Shown one piece after another: positions 27,527 to 38,699 of a stretch of DNA of 64,000 nt. This DNA is from Lingula anatina (taxonomy: Eukaryota > Animalia > Brachiopoda): positions 5,022,001 through 5,086,000 of the forward strand of contig CM120649.1 in assembly GCA_051362555.1 (NCBI GenBank). Direction: 5' to 3'. Position 1 is the first letter of the stretch, and the number at the start of each line of letters is the position of its first letter. The notes under the pieces are model-generated. The model was not told the origin of the DNA and searched no databases. It worked only from the letters and a program-made list of their open reading frames with translations. A program made the translations under genes and the position numbers.

Positions 27527-30500
27527 TGGTGCAAAGGTTTTTTCCACCCAGTACTTTTATTCCATCCAGTACTTTTATTAAATTTCGAGATTTTTTACAC
27601 CCAGTACTTTTATTCCATCAGTACTTTTATTAAATTTTGAGATTTTTTCCACCCAGTACTTTTATTCCATCAGTTCTTTTATTCGATACTTCAGAGTAAA
27701 TGAAAAGGGTAAATGGATCGTCCATAAACCCCCTTTACACTGGGGCGGCGTCCTTTGTGCGACCAAGAAACTGGCATCACTGTGGTCGTAGAAAGGAGGT
27801 ACAAGCATTGCTTTGGTTGAAAAAAATGAATATTTGGTGATTGGCCAGTTGTCAGAAAGTTAAGTATTATAATTTTGTACTCTCAAATGGATCCGTACTA
27901 CAGGACGCAGAAAGGACGCCGTCCAGTGTAAAGGGCCCCTTAGCTAACTATGAATTAATCTACCCCTGACAGTTTGAAGAAGGCTATGACATTATGAAAC
28001 ATTTATTATTACATAATGGCTCTGCGAACTACAGTCACTTCTTTTCACCTGTAGATCTGACCTGTTTGTTATACACCTGGCTGCTAGAATAAATACTAAA
28101 TCTAACAACTGAAGTGAAATTATATTTTGAATGGGCCCCTGTCGGTCCATGTCGCTAACACAGAGCACACATATTCATAAACACCGCATTTGCAAGAACC
28201 GCTTTGTGAAATAAAAAAAGAAAAAAAAGACGCCCCGACAATTACGCGTCCTGATATATAGGCCTACAGTTCGGATATGCACACGGCAAAAAATATTAAG
28301 GGACCGTTCCCAGATCCTATCGTACTAACTATGGATCGATCTCTCCCAGAAGGAATGCTATATAAATTGCAATCAACGTAATCAGTGTGATCTGGCCAAT
28401 TTTACAAAGTTGCTGTTTTTCCCTTTTCTCAGCATAATATTATATGCGATGCAACATTTTAAAGAGAACCGATAGGTCTATTTTCATGAAACTCACAGAA
28501 CTGATGAATATTAGTTAAACGCAGGTCAAGTTTGAAAATCTTCATAATGGGCTGCTTTTTTTTTTTCAGAAAATTTGCTGTTGTTTTTGCTTTTTTCAGC
28601 ATACATGCAACACTGTAAACACAGTTCAAGGAGAAGCAATAGGTCTATTGTCATGAAACACACAGAACTGATGATTATTAGTAAAAGGGTTGTCAAGATC
28701 AAAAATCGGCATATCCGGGCCATTTTTTGTCAAAAGTTATGCTGTTTTTTTTCTGCCATTTTCAGCATATAAGTAACACTGTAAGCACATTTCAGGGAGA
28801 ACCGATAGGCCTGTTGTCATTAAACTCACAGGAGTGATCAATGTTACCAATATACAAATCAAGTTTGAAAATAGGATTGATTGGTTGAGTTTTGTGGAAG
28901 TTGTGCCTTGTTTTGATATATATAAGTGGTTTTCCTCAGATTTGATTGTCAGGCATGTTGACAGTTTCGTTATTGAACTAACTAGATATGTAAATATGTT
29001 AGTGTTTGTCTGAAATTTTCTGCATCTTTACAACATTGCTAGTTGATTATATAAATATGACGGTAAACATGTTATCATGTACTGTGTAATACAGTGTCTC
29101 AAAATGGAGGAAATGGGGTGATTATTTTCAAAAGTTTTGCATTTTTTTTCTCCTTTTTTCAGTGTACATGCAACACTGTAAACACACTTCAAGGAGAACC
29201 AATAGGCCTGTTTTCATGAAACTCAGAGAACTGATGATTATTAGTAAATTAAAAAGAATGATCAAGATTGAAAATCAGCATGACCAGGCCCTTTTCTTTC
29301 AAATGTTATGCTGGTTTTTTTTCAGCATATATGTAACACTGTAAGCACATTTCAAGGAGAACCAATAAGCCTGTTTTCATGAAACTCACAGAACTGATGA
29401 TTATTAATAAAAGAATGTTCAAGATTGAAAATCAGCATGACCAGGCCCTTTTCTTTCAAATGTTATGCTGTTTTTTTAAGCATATAAGTAACACTGTAAG
29501 CACATTTTAGGAAGAACCAATAACTTAAAGCCTGTTTTCATGAAACTCACAGAACTGATAATTATGAGTAAAAGAATGGTCAAGATTGAAAATCAGCATG
29601 ACCAGGCCCTTTTCTTTCAAATGTTATGCTGTTTTTTTTCTGCGTATAAGTAACACTGTAAGCACATTTCAGGGAGAACCAATAAGCCTGTTTTCATGAA
29701 ACTCACAGGAGTTATCAATGTTATCTATATACAAATCAAGTTTAAAAATAAGATTGATTGGTTGAGTTTTGAGGGACTTCTGCTTTTATTTGTATATAAG
29801 TGGTTTTCCTCAGATTTGATTGTCAGGCATGTTGACAGTTTCGTTATTGAACTAACTAGATATGTAAATATGTTAGTGTTTGTCTGAAATTTTCAGTATC
29901 TTTACAACATTGCTAGTTGATTATATAAATATGACAGTAAACATGTTATCATGTACTGTGTAATACAGTGTCTCAAAATGGAGGAAATGGGATGATTATT
30001 TTCAAAAGTTTTGCATTTTTTTTCTCCTTTTTTCAGTGTACATGCAACACTGTAAACACACTTCAAGGAGAACCAATAAGCCTGTTTTCATGAAACTCAC
30101 AGAACTGATGATTATTAGTAAAAGAATGGTCAAGATTGAAAATCAGCAAGACCAGGCCCTTTTCTTTCAAATTTTATGCTGTTTTTTTTTTTTTTTTTTT
30201 TTTTTTTTCAGCATATATGTAACACTGTAAGCACATTTCAGGGAGAACCAATAACTTAAAGCCTGTTTTCATGAAACTCACAGAACTGATGATTATTAGT
30301 AAAAGCATATTAGTAACACTGTAAGCACATTTCAGGGAGAACCGATAGGCCTGTTGTCATTAAACTCACAAGAGTGATCAATGTTATCTATATACAAATC
30401 AAATTTAAAAATAAGATTGATTGGTTGAGTTTTGAGGGACTTCAGCTTTTATTTGTATATAAGTGGTTTTCCTCAGATTTGATTGTCAGGCATGTAAACA

Positions 30501-31683
30501 GTCTCATTATTGAATTTACTAGATATGTAAAATGGGTTGTTTGACAATTTCTGCGTCTTGACAATATTACTAGTTGATTATATAAAAATGGTGGTAAACC
30601 TGTTATCTTGTATTGTGTAAAAAAAGTGCCAAAATGGAAATGAACTCGTATCATTGTAGTTTGTCAGATTCAATCATTCACAATGTTCGGAATGGAGGAA
30701 ATTGGACATTTAAACTTGTTATATTGATATTTTTGCCATCTCAACAATTTTCTTAGTTGATCATGTGAAATGGCAGTAAACTGTATTATTTTATGTAAAA
30801 AAGTTAAAAATGGAAAGAAACCCATTTCAGTACAGTGCTCTCTTGTATACATTTAGCATTTTCAAAGTATGACTTTGGAGTTCCATGAACCTGAAAACCT
30901 TTGCTAGTCACATTTTCTGAATATTCATGATACTAATATTTTATTATAAAAAATTGATGATCATTATGCTGTTAAGCATTATATAATATTGCATCAAATT
31001 GGAAGAAAGCACAATTTTGGGTGCTGCTGGCATGATGTCCTCAATTGTAAAATTGTGTACTGTGCAAGTCTGTATCCAATGGACGACACTTTGTGTTATC
31101 AAAATATAAAATTCATGATAATAAAAGAGTGCTAAATAGAAAATAAGCATTATGAAAATAAAATGTTTGAAAACGAATTTCTTTGGTCTTTTATTTTTTT
31201 TCATCAGTATCCTTTCTTTTCTTAAATTAATTGATGTTTTATCTCATAATCTTCAATTCTAAAAAAGTGGCAAAGCCCAGCATTAAATATTGTATAACTG
31301 TTCATTTAATCATCACCTCTGGTGTTATTTTGGAATTTACCTTAAATATGAAAGAATTTCATAAAAATGTGAATTGCTGCAAAGTAACGCTATATAAAAT
31401 TTGCTTTGCATTAAAAGTACAATCATTATTACATGTAGATGCATGCATGTCCTCGGTTGTAATGTGTAGTGTCTGTCCGTGTGTGTGTCCGTGTGTGTCC
31501 TCGGTTAGAATGTAAAATTCTTGTCAGCAAAAAATTAGTTTTTATAAAAAATTAATTTATAACATTCATACTCGAATAGATTTTACCCTAAATTGAATGT
31601 TTTTATTTTGATTTAACCAAGGAATAAGATGTCCTCGGTTGTATGGTGTTGTGCTGATGTCCTCGGTTGGTACACATAGACAA

Positions 31684-31719
<36 letters not shown>

Positions 31720-32144
31720 ATCAGGACAATCCCCCCCCCCGGACAATTCCCCCCCAGACTATCCCCCCCAGGACAATCCCCCCACCTTTACCAGAAGAAT
31801 AGGTGGTTATACTTTGATCAGATATTTAATAAATCTTCCTTTACTTGTTCTCCATGAAAAGGGAATTTGTTATGAAATAATTTGTTTCATGATGGAGTTG
31901 TATAATCACATTAAAAATAAAGTGGATGAAATGTTTTAAACTTTACACTTTTTACTTAATATTTGTATATAAATATATATTTCTTTGGGGGGAATCGTCC
32001 GGGGGGAATTGTCCCGGGGGGGGGGGATTGTCCGGGGGAGGAATAGTCCGGGGTGGAATTGTCCAGGGGGGGGGGGGGGGATTGTCCTAGAATCGTATGT
32101 ATGTATGTATGTTTGTATGCATGTATGTTTGTATGTATGTATGT

Positions 32145-32176
<32 letters not shown>

Positions 32177-35100
32177 GTCGTATGCGGCTTCATTGAAAAC
32201 ATTGTGCATCTTCAGATGGAACGCACACCTCTCCATGACGCTGCTAGCCGCGATGTGGCAGATCTACTCATTCAAAAAGGGGCTGATTGCCACAGTAAGG
32301 ATGGGGTAAGTGTTCTTGTATATGTGCTACTTGAAATAACCTACCTCTCACTTTTTTGCCTTTTTTCATATGCAATATTCTTCATGTTGTTGTTCTTTGA
32401 CTTTCGGCAGTAATAAACTATTTCAATTGGTTTTTCTTATTGAACACTATATATGGATTCTGAATTTTTTAAACCTGTATAAAGCGACGGTTGTGGTCGA
32501 GCAATTATCGAAATACAGTGTCACCTGTGCCGCTTGCTTGAAAGAAGCATAGAAGCATAAAACATATTTTGTACGATATGTAACTTTATTCTAAGTGTTG
32601 TGTATCTTCAGAATGGTTGTACACCTCTTCATTGCGCTGCTTTGGGTGGTCACTGCGATGTCGCAGCTCTACTCACTCAGCGCGGAGCTGATTTCCGCAG
32701 TAAGGCTAAGGCAAGTAGGGCCTATACTTCAATGTATGCTACTGGAAATACCCCTACTCTTCGCTATTTTATCGTTTTTTATGTGCAGTATTATTAGTCG
32801 TCTACTTGTTCTTTGGCTTTCGGTAGTCATGAACTATTTCAGTTGCTTTTTCTTTGTGAATACATGGGTGCTGTAATATGTTTAATCTGTATAAAACAAG
32901 TTGGTTGTGGTTTACTGTGCCACCTTTGCTGCATGGTTGATAATGGACCATTGTAGAAGCATAGAATATATTTTTGTACGATATGTAACTTTATTCAAAG
33001 TGCTGTGTATCTTCAGGATGGTTTTACACCTCTTCATTACGCTGCTTTGGGTGGTCACTGCGATGTAGCAGCTTTACTCATTCAGTGCGGAGCTGATTTG
33101 CGCAGCAAGGATAAGGTAAGTGCATGTGCATGATATTTGAAATAGACCCACTCCTCACGATTCAATCTGTTGTCTTTATTCAGCAATAACATATTTTGAA
33201 TGCTTTTTTATTTGTGAACATTTTAAATGCATGGGTATTGTAACACCTTATTAAAACTTGTACAACAAGACAGAAGATTGTTGTCGAACATACTTTCAAA
33301 TTATTTTAATATATATTCTATGCGCACTGTTTTGTGATGGTTCATTGTAACAGCATAGGGATCTTTTGTATGGTTTGTCGCCTCAATGTAAATATTGTGT
33401 ATCATCAGAATGATCGCACACCTCTTCATCACGCCGCTAGCCGCGGTCACTGCGATGTAGCAGCTTTACTCATTCAGCACGGAGCTGATGTCTGCAGTAA
33501 GGATAAGGTAAGTGTATGTGCATGATATTTGAAATACACCTACTTCTCACTACTTTATATGTTTTTTTCATATGCAGTCTTCTTCTTTTTCTTGTTCTTT
33601 GGTTTTGGCAGTAATAAACAATTGTTTTTTATTTGTGAACACTATACGATAGTTCTGTAATATTTATAACCTGTATGAAGCGACATTTGGTTGTGGTCGA
33701 ACAATCATCAAATTTATTCAAAGCGTTGTTTGTCTTCAGGAAGGTTATATGCCTCTTCATTACGCTGCTGAGTGTGGTCAGTATAATGTTGCAGCTTTAC
33801 TCATTCAGAAAGGAGCTGATCACCGCAGTAAGCATAAGGTAAGTGTGCTACTTGAAAAATACCTACTCCCGATTTCATCTGTTTTGTATATGTAGTGAAA
33901 ATATTCTAAATATTTTTTTATATTTGTTTTTATCTAAATATTTTTTATGTGTTTAAAACGGTCCCCGTCAAACATTCTAATATTTTCAAATTATTTTGAT
34001 ATATACTGTGCATAGTAATTTGTAATAGTTAACTGTAAAAGCATACGTATCAGTGTGTTTGGTATGTAAACATAATACATCGTGTTATTTCAGGGTGGCT
34101 GGACACCTCTTCATTGCGCTACTTGGGATGGCCACAGGGATGTAGCAGAGCTTCTCATTCAGCAAGGAGCTGATCCCTGCAGTGAGGACAAGGTACGTAT
34201 TTGTGTGGTTCTTGAAATATACCATATCTTCATTAGTATGCCAGTTTTTGTATGCACTGATTAGATATTTAAAGTTCTTTCATTCGTGAACATTATATGG
34301 AGGTTATTTTTTTATTTTTTTAATTTTTTTTTGTTAACATGGTCGCTAATTTTGAGATTAGGACACAATTGAGTTTGCTGATATGCAGATTCAGATTTCT
34401 TTATTCATATAGCCTTACACCTTCACAAATAAGGTACAATCATCGGACTAATACAACTAACTACATCTTTACACAAGTAAAAAAACAACACAGTTATATA
34501 AATAAGTAAATATGCAGCATTATTACATATATAAATTACGAATAACAAACGGCGACGAGTCTGTCTCTCACACACTTTGAAACATCTGCCCTGTCTGTTG
34601 GATCATACAAAGTGATGGCGTATTGAACGGATGCCAATGATGTAATCAATATGTTTTTTTTTATCTTATAGATATTTTAATTAAAAATAATAAAAACTAT
34701 TACAATATTTATTAAATAAATGTTTTATATTAAGAAAAGCACCAAATAATATGTGTTGTAATTTATTGAGTTATTTAATTGAGCAGCAGACATAATCTGA
34801 CATCAATATGCATCCGAAACCTTAGAGTGTTTATGATAAAATTCCTTTGACTGCATTATTTAACAAAAACAATGCAAATCATGTTTGTGAGTTTACTGTC
34901 AGAAGACGTCTGCACAATCGCCATCATTTTAGCAGGGTTTCTCTTAGGAGAACAATGATCAAGTCAATGTTGAGACCCCTGTTTGTTTGTTTCTCATCAA
35001 CATAACCCAAAAAGTTATGGATGAATTTCGATGGAATTTCCAGGGTAGGTCAGACATGGATTAACTTAGAAGTGTTTAGTTTTTGGTGGTCAATAATCAA

Positions 35101-36114
35101 TCAACAATCAATAATCAAAAATAAAAAAACAGAAAATTATGGACCGATTATGATGAAATATTCAAGAACTGTCAGAAGTTGGCCAAGGAACAGATGATTT
35201 TTGGTGGTTGTCCGGATCAATAATCAATCAATAATCAATAATAAAAGATAAAAAAAAAACAAAATCATTATAGAATGAAATTTTAGGGCTGAAACGGCAT
35301 TGGGTGGAGACTTTGCTGCCTTAGCGGAGGTTTGCGCTCTCGGAGTGCTTTTCTAGTTTGTAATGGTTCGTTTAAATGGCATAGTAGGTATATCTGTCTG
35401 TATGGTATGTCGCTTTATTGAAAGCACGGTGTATCTTCAGGGTGGTTGGACACCTCTTCATTGCGCCGCTAGCGGCGGTCACTGCGCTGTAGCAGCTCTA
35501 CTCATTCAGCACGGAGCTGATGTCTGCAGTAAGGATAAGGTAAGTGTATGTGCATGCTATTTGAAATACACCTACTCCCCACGATTTGATCTGTTGTCTT
35601 TTTTCAGCAATGAAATATTTAAATGCTTTTTATTTGTTTTCATTATAAATGCATGGTCATTGTAATATTTTTTATTGAAACGTGTATAAAACGACAGTTG
35701 ACTGTGGTCGAACATGCTTTCTATTATTTTGATATACAATGCAATATAATGGTTAATATTTATAGGATAAGGCATCTGTTTGTAAGGTACGTAAACATTT
35801 CAGGGTGGCTGGACACCTCTTCATTGCGCTGCTTGGGATGGTCACAGCGATGTTGCAGATCTTCTCATTCAGCACGGAGCTGATCCCTACAGTAAGGAAG
35901 ATGTACGTATATGTGTGGTACATTCCACACATTCTTAATAGTTTATTAACAGTCAACATATAAATATCATATCTACATCATCGTCATTACCAGCAATAAT
36001 GTTCTGGTATGTCATCTCTATGAGACGGTGTTTTTCGTGGAAGAACACAGTTTCGATTGATTAAATTATCTGCGTGTACACCCCGTTTTATAATGGTTCG
36101 TTTTTGTGGCACAA

Positions 36115-36158
<44 letters not shown>

Positions 36159-38648
36159 GTCGCTTCAAAGAAAACATCTTATACTTTCAGAAAGATCGCA
36201 CACCTCTTCATCACGCCGCTAGCCGCGGTCACTGTGATGTAGCAGCTTTACTCATTCAGCACGGAGCTGATGTCTGCAGTAAGGATAAGGTAAGTGTATG
36301 GGCATGATATTTGAAATACACCCACTCCCCACGATTTGATCTGTTGTCTTTTTATTATACATACATAACTACATAGCTTTAAATCTGATTGGGTTCAGCC
36401 AGTGGGGGGGGGGGGGGGGGGGGGGGGGGGGGAGTGCCTCAGGGCACTAAATTAGGTCCCATTCTTTTCCTTGCAATGATAAATGACCTGAAAACTTGTT
36501 CAGACATTAAGTTTGTCGATGATACCTCCATTTACGAAATTTGCAAATTTGGCAAAACACCGCATCTACCACAAGCAATAGACCAATTGGCTGACTGGGT
36601 CAAGCAAAACAAGATGAAACTTAATGTAAAGAAGACTAAGTCGATGGACATAAATTTTACCAAGAACTGTAATCTTACAATACCAACATTGGAAATAGAT
36701 GGTGAACGTGTAGAAATGGTCAAAAAGTTTAAGATACTTGGTGTTATTTTAACCCCAGACCTCAAGTGGGCTGAACACATCCAAATCATGTATGCTAAGG
36801 CATGTTTAAACCTCTTTTATCTCAGACAGCTAAAGAGGGCAAAACTGGACATACAAGATTTATTAACTATTTACCAGTCTGTAATAAGATCAGTTTTAGA
36901 ATATGCCTGTCCAGTATGGGGACCAGGTCTGACTGCTGAGCAATCTGAATGTCTAGAGTCAGTTCAAAAGAGAGCCTTAAGGATTATTTGCCCTGAGCCC
37001 GTATTCCAAGATGTTCCTTAAAATAGGTCTAAGGTCAGCTTTTATAAAGGCTTCCTTTGATGAGGTGTTCCTTGGTAAAGGAAGGCCTAATGAAATGGTA
37101 TTCTAAGACCACACTTTAGCCTCTCCTTTGATAAGGAATTACTTTGACAAAAGTCAGCCTTTAGGTAAGGGACACTGACATAAAGGAGCTCCTCATTGGT
37201 TAGAGTAGGTCTTTGTGACACCCTCCTCGTTAAAAACGCCTCAGTAATGTTGTATAATTGGGAACAACTGATCAACTTCAGTCATGCAACAGCGCATATG
37301 GACATTATCACTGCATGTGGATGTTTTGATCTAAGCCAAATTTAATGAATAAAGCAAGTATGCCAAGAAGAGAAAGGAATGGTTTGGAGGATGAGAAAAC
37401 CAAAGTCGTAGACCCTTTTCTGATATCGAAAAGCAGCTACTGATGCAACTAGTCAACAGAGAAAAGCCTATCCTCGATCAAATGTATTACTTCCGCCAAG
37501 GAGGTTGTTTTCACCCCTGTTTGTTTGTCTGTCTTTTTGTTACCTCCTCCAAGGAAGTCATGTTTCATCCCTGTTTGTTTGTCTGTCTGACTGTCTGTCT
37601 GTCTGTTTGTTTGTTTGTCTGTCATCAACATAACTCAAAAAGTTAAGGGCCGATTTTGATGAAATTTTCAGGGTAGGTCAGAAATGGGTTATATTAGAAG
37701 TGATTAGTTTTTGGTGGTGATCAAGATCAATAATCAATCAATTATCATTAATCAAAAATAACTCAAAAAGTTATGGACCGATTTTTATGAAATTTACAGG
37801 GTAGGTCAGAAATGGGTAAACTTAGAAGTGGTTAGTTTTTGGTGGTGATCCGGATCAATAATCAATCAATAATCAAAATTAAAAAAAAACTAAATCATTA
37901 TAGAATGAAAACTGGGTGGAGACTTTGCTCTAGGAGTGCTTTTCTAGTTGAATTTAATGATTTTGAATTTAGGTAGGCACGTTGGTTTACATAGTCCTCT
38001 ATGAAGCTGATTTTCACAAGAGAACTGTACACGATGGCTGCTTAAGGAAGACTAAAAGTTACTCCAGACCAACCTTACATTTTAAGGAATCCTCAGCCGA
38101 AAATAAAGGAAATCTTTAAGCAAAGGCAGATTCTAGAAATGATCGATTCCTTTGCTAAGGATGATTGTTAAGTGATTCCTTTCAAGTGAGATAAAGAAAG
38201 GTCTTGGAATACAAATTTCGTATAAGGTCGACTTTAAGTGTCCCTTAACGCTAAAGGGAGATTCTGAAATACGGGCCCTGGTCTCAGTTATGATGATGCC
38301 TTAAAAGTTTGTAACATTGACACCCTAGACAAACGTAGACATTTGATGTATCAGAGGTTTTATACAAAATTAAAAAATTGTGAAAAGTTAGGACATTTAT
38401 TGCCTGAAAGAAACACCCGCCCTTTATGAAACAACACCAAATTCTTACAACCAAAAGTGAAGACGGAACGTTTTAGAAATTCCTTTATTAATTATTGCCT
38501 TTTTAACTTGTAGTAATTTATGGATGCCTTTTTAATTTGTAGTATTTTAAAAATAATTTATTGTTTTATAATTTAAAGTTTATTGTCAATTTTCTTTTAA
38601 ACATTCTTTGGACAACTTCAACCTTAGGGTTGCAATTTTATCTAATAA

Positions 38649-38699
<51 letters not shown>

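Larger units (their letters stand above)
26064..31675. mobile_element. large composite non-autonomous element with AACCGAGGAC subterminal repeats
   Basis: 22-bp perfect inverted pair cattctaaccgaggacacacac (26064-26085) / gtgtgtgtcctcggttagaatg (31491-31512), with more motif copies at 26100-26360 and 31447-31670. Exact ends and TSD not resolved; no transposase ORF. Confidence 0.55.
36370..38698 (+). mobile_element. 5'-truncated CR1/L2-group LINE, interrupted by a nested insertion
   Basis: RT motifs [41 protein letters not shown] (36389-36995). The frame resumes after 38278 (PGLSYDDAL...[10 protein letters not shown]) with an in-frame stop, then AATAAA and an (ATT)n tail. Confidence 0.9.

Noticed and set aside
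28400-30620. CRISPR-like array
   Set aside because: Whole ~160-bp units repeat with no unique spacers, there are no cas genes, and the context is eukaryotic.
34388-34900. Possible minus-strand LINE 3' end
   Set aside because: Only a tail-like aataaagaaatctgaatctg and faint peptide hints, too weak to call.
36389-37021. Reverse transcriptase beside variable repeats as a diversity-generating retroelement or retron
   Set aside because: It is a 5'-truncated, interrupted non-LTR LINE with a 3' tail and an in-frame stop. There is no template/variable repeat pair, and ankyrin differences are not adenine-specific.
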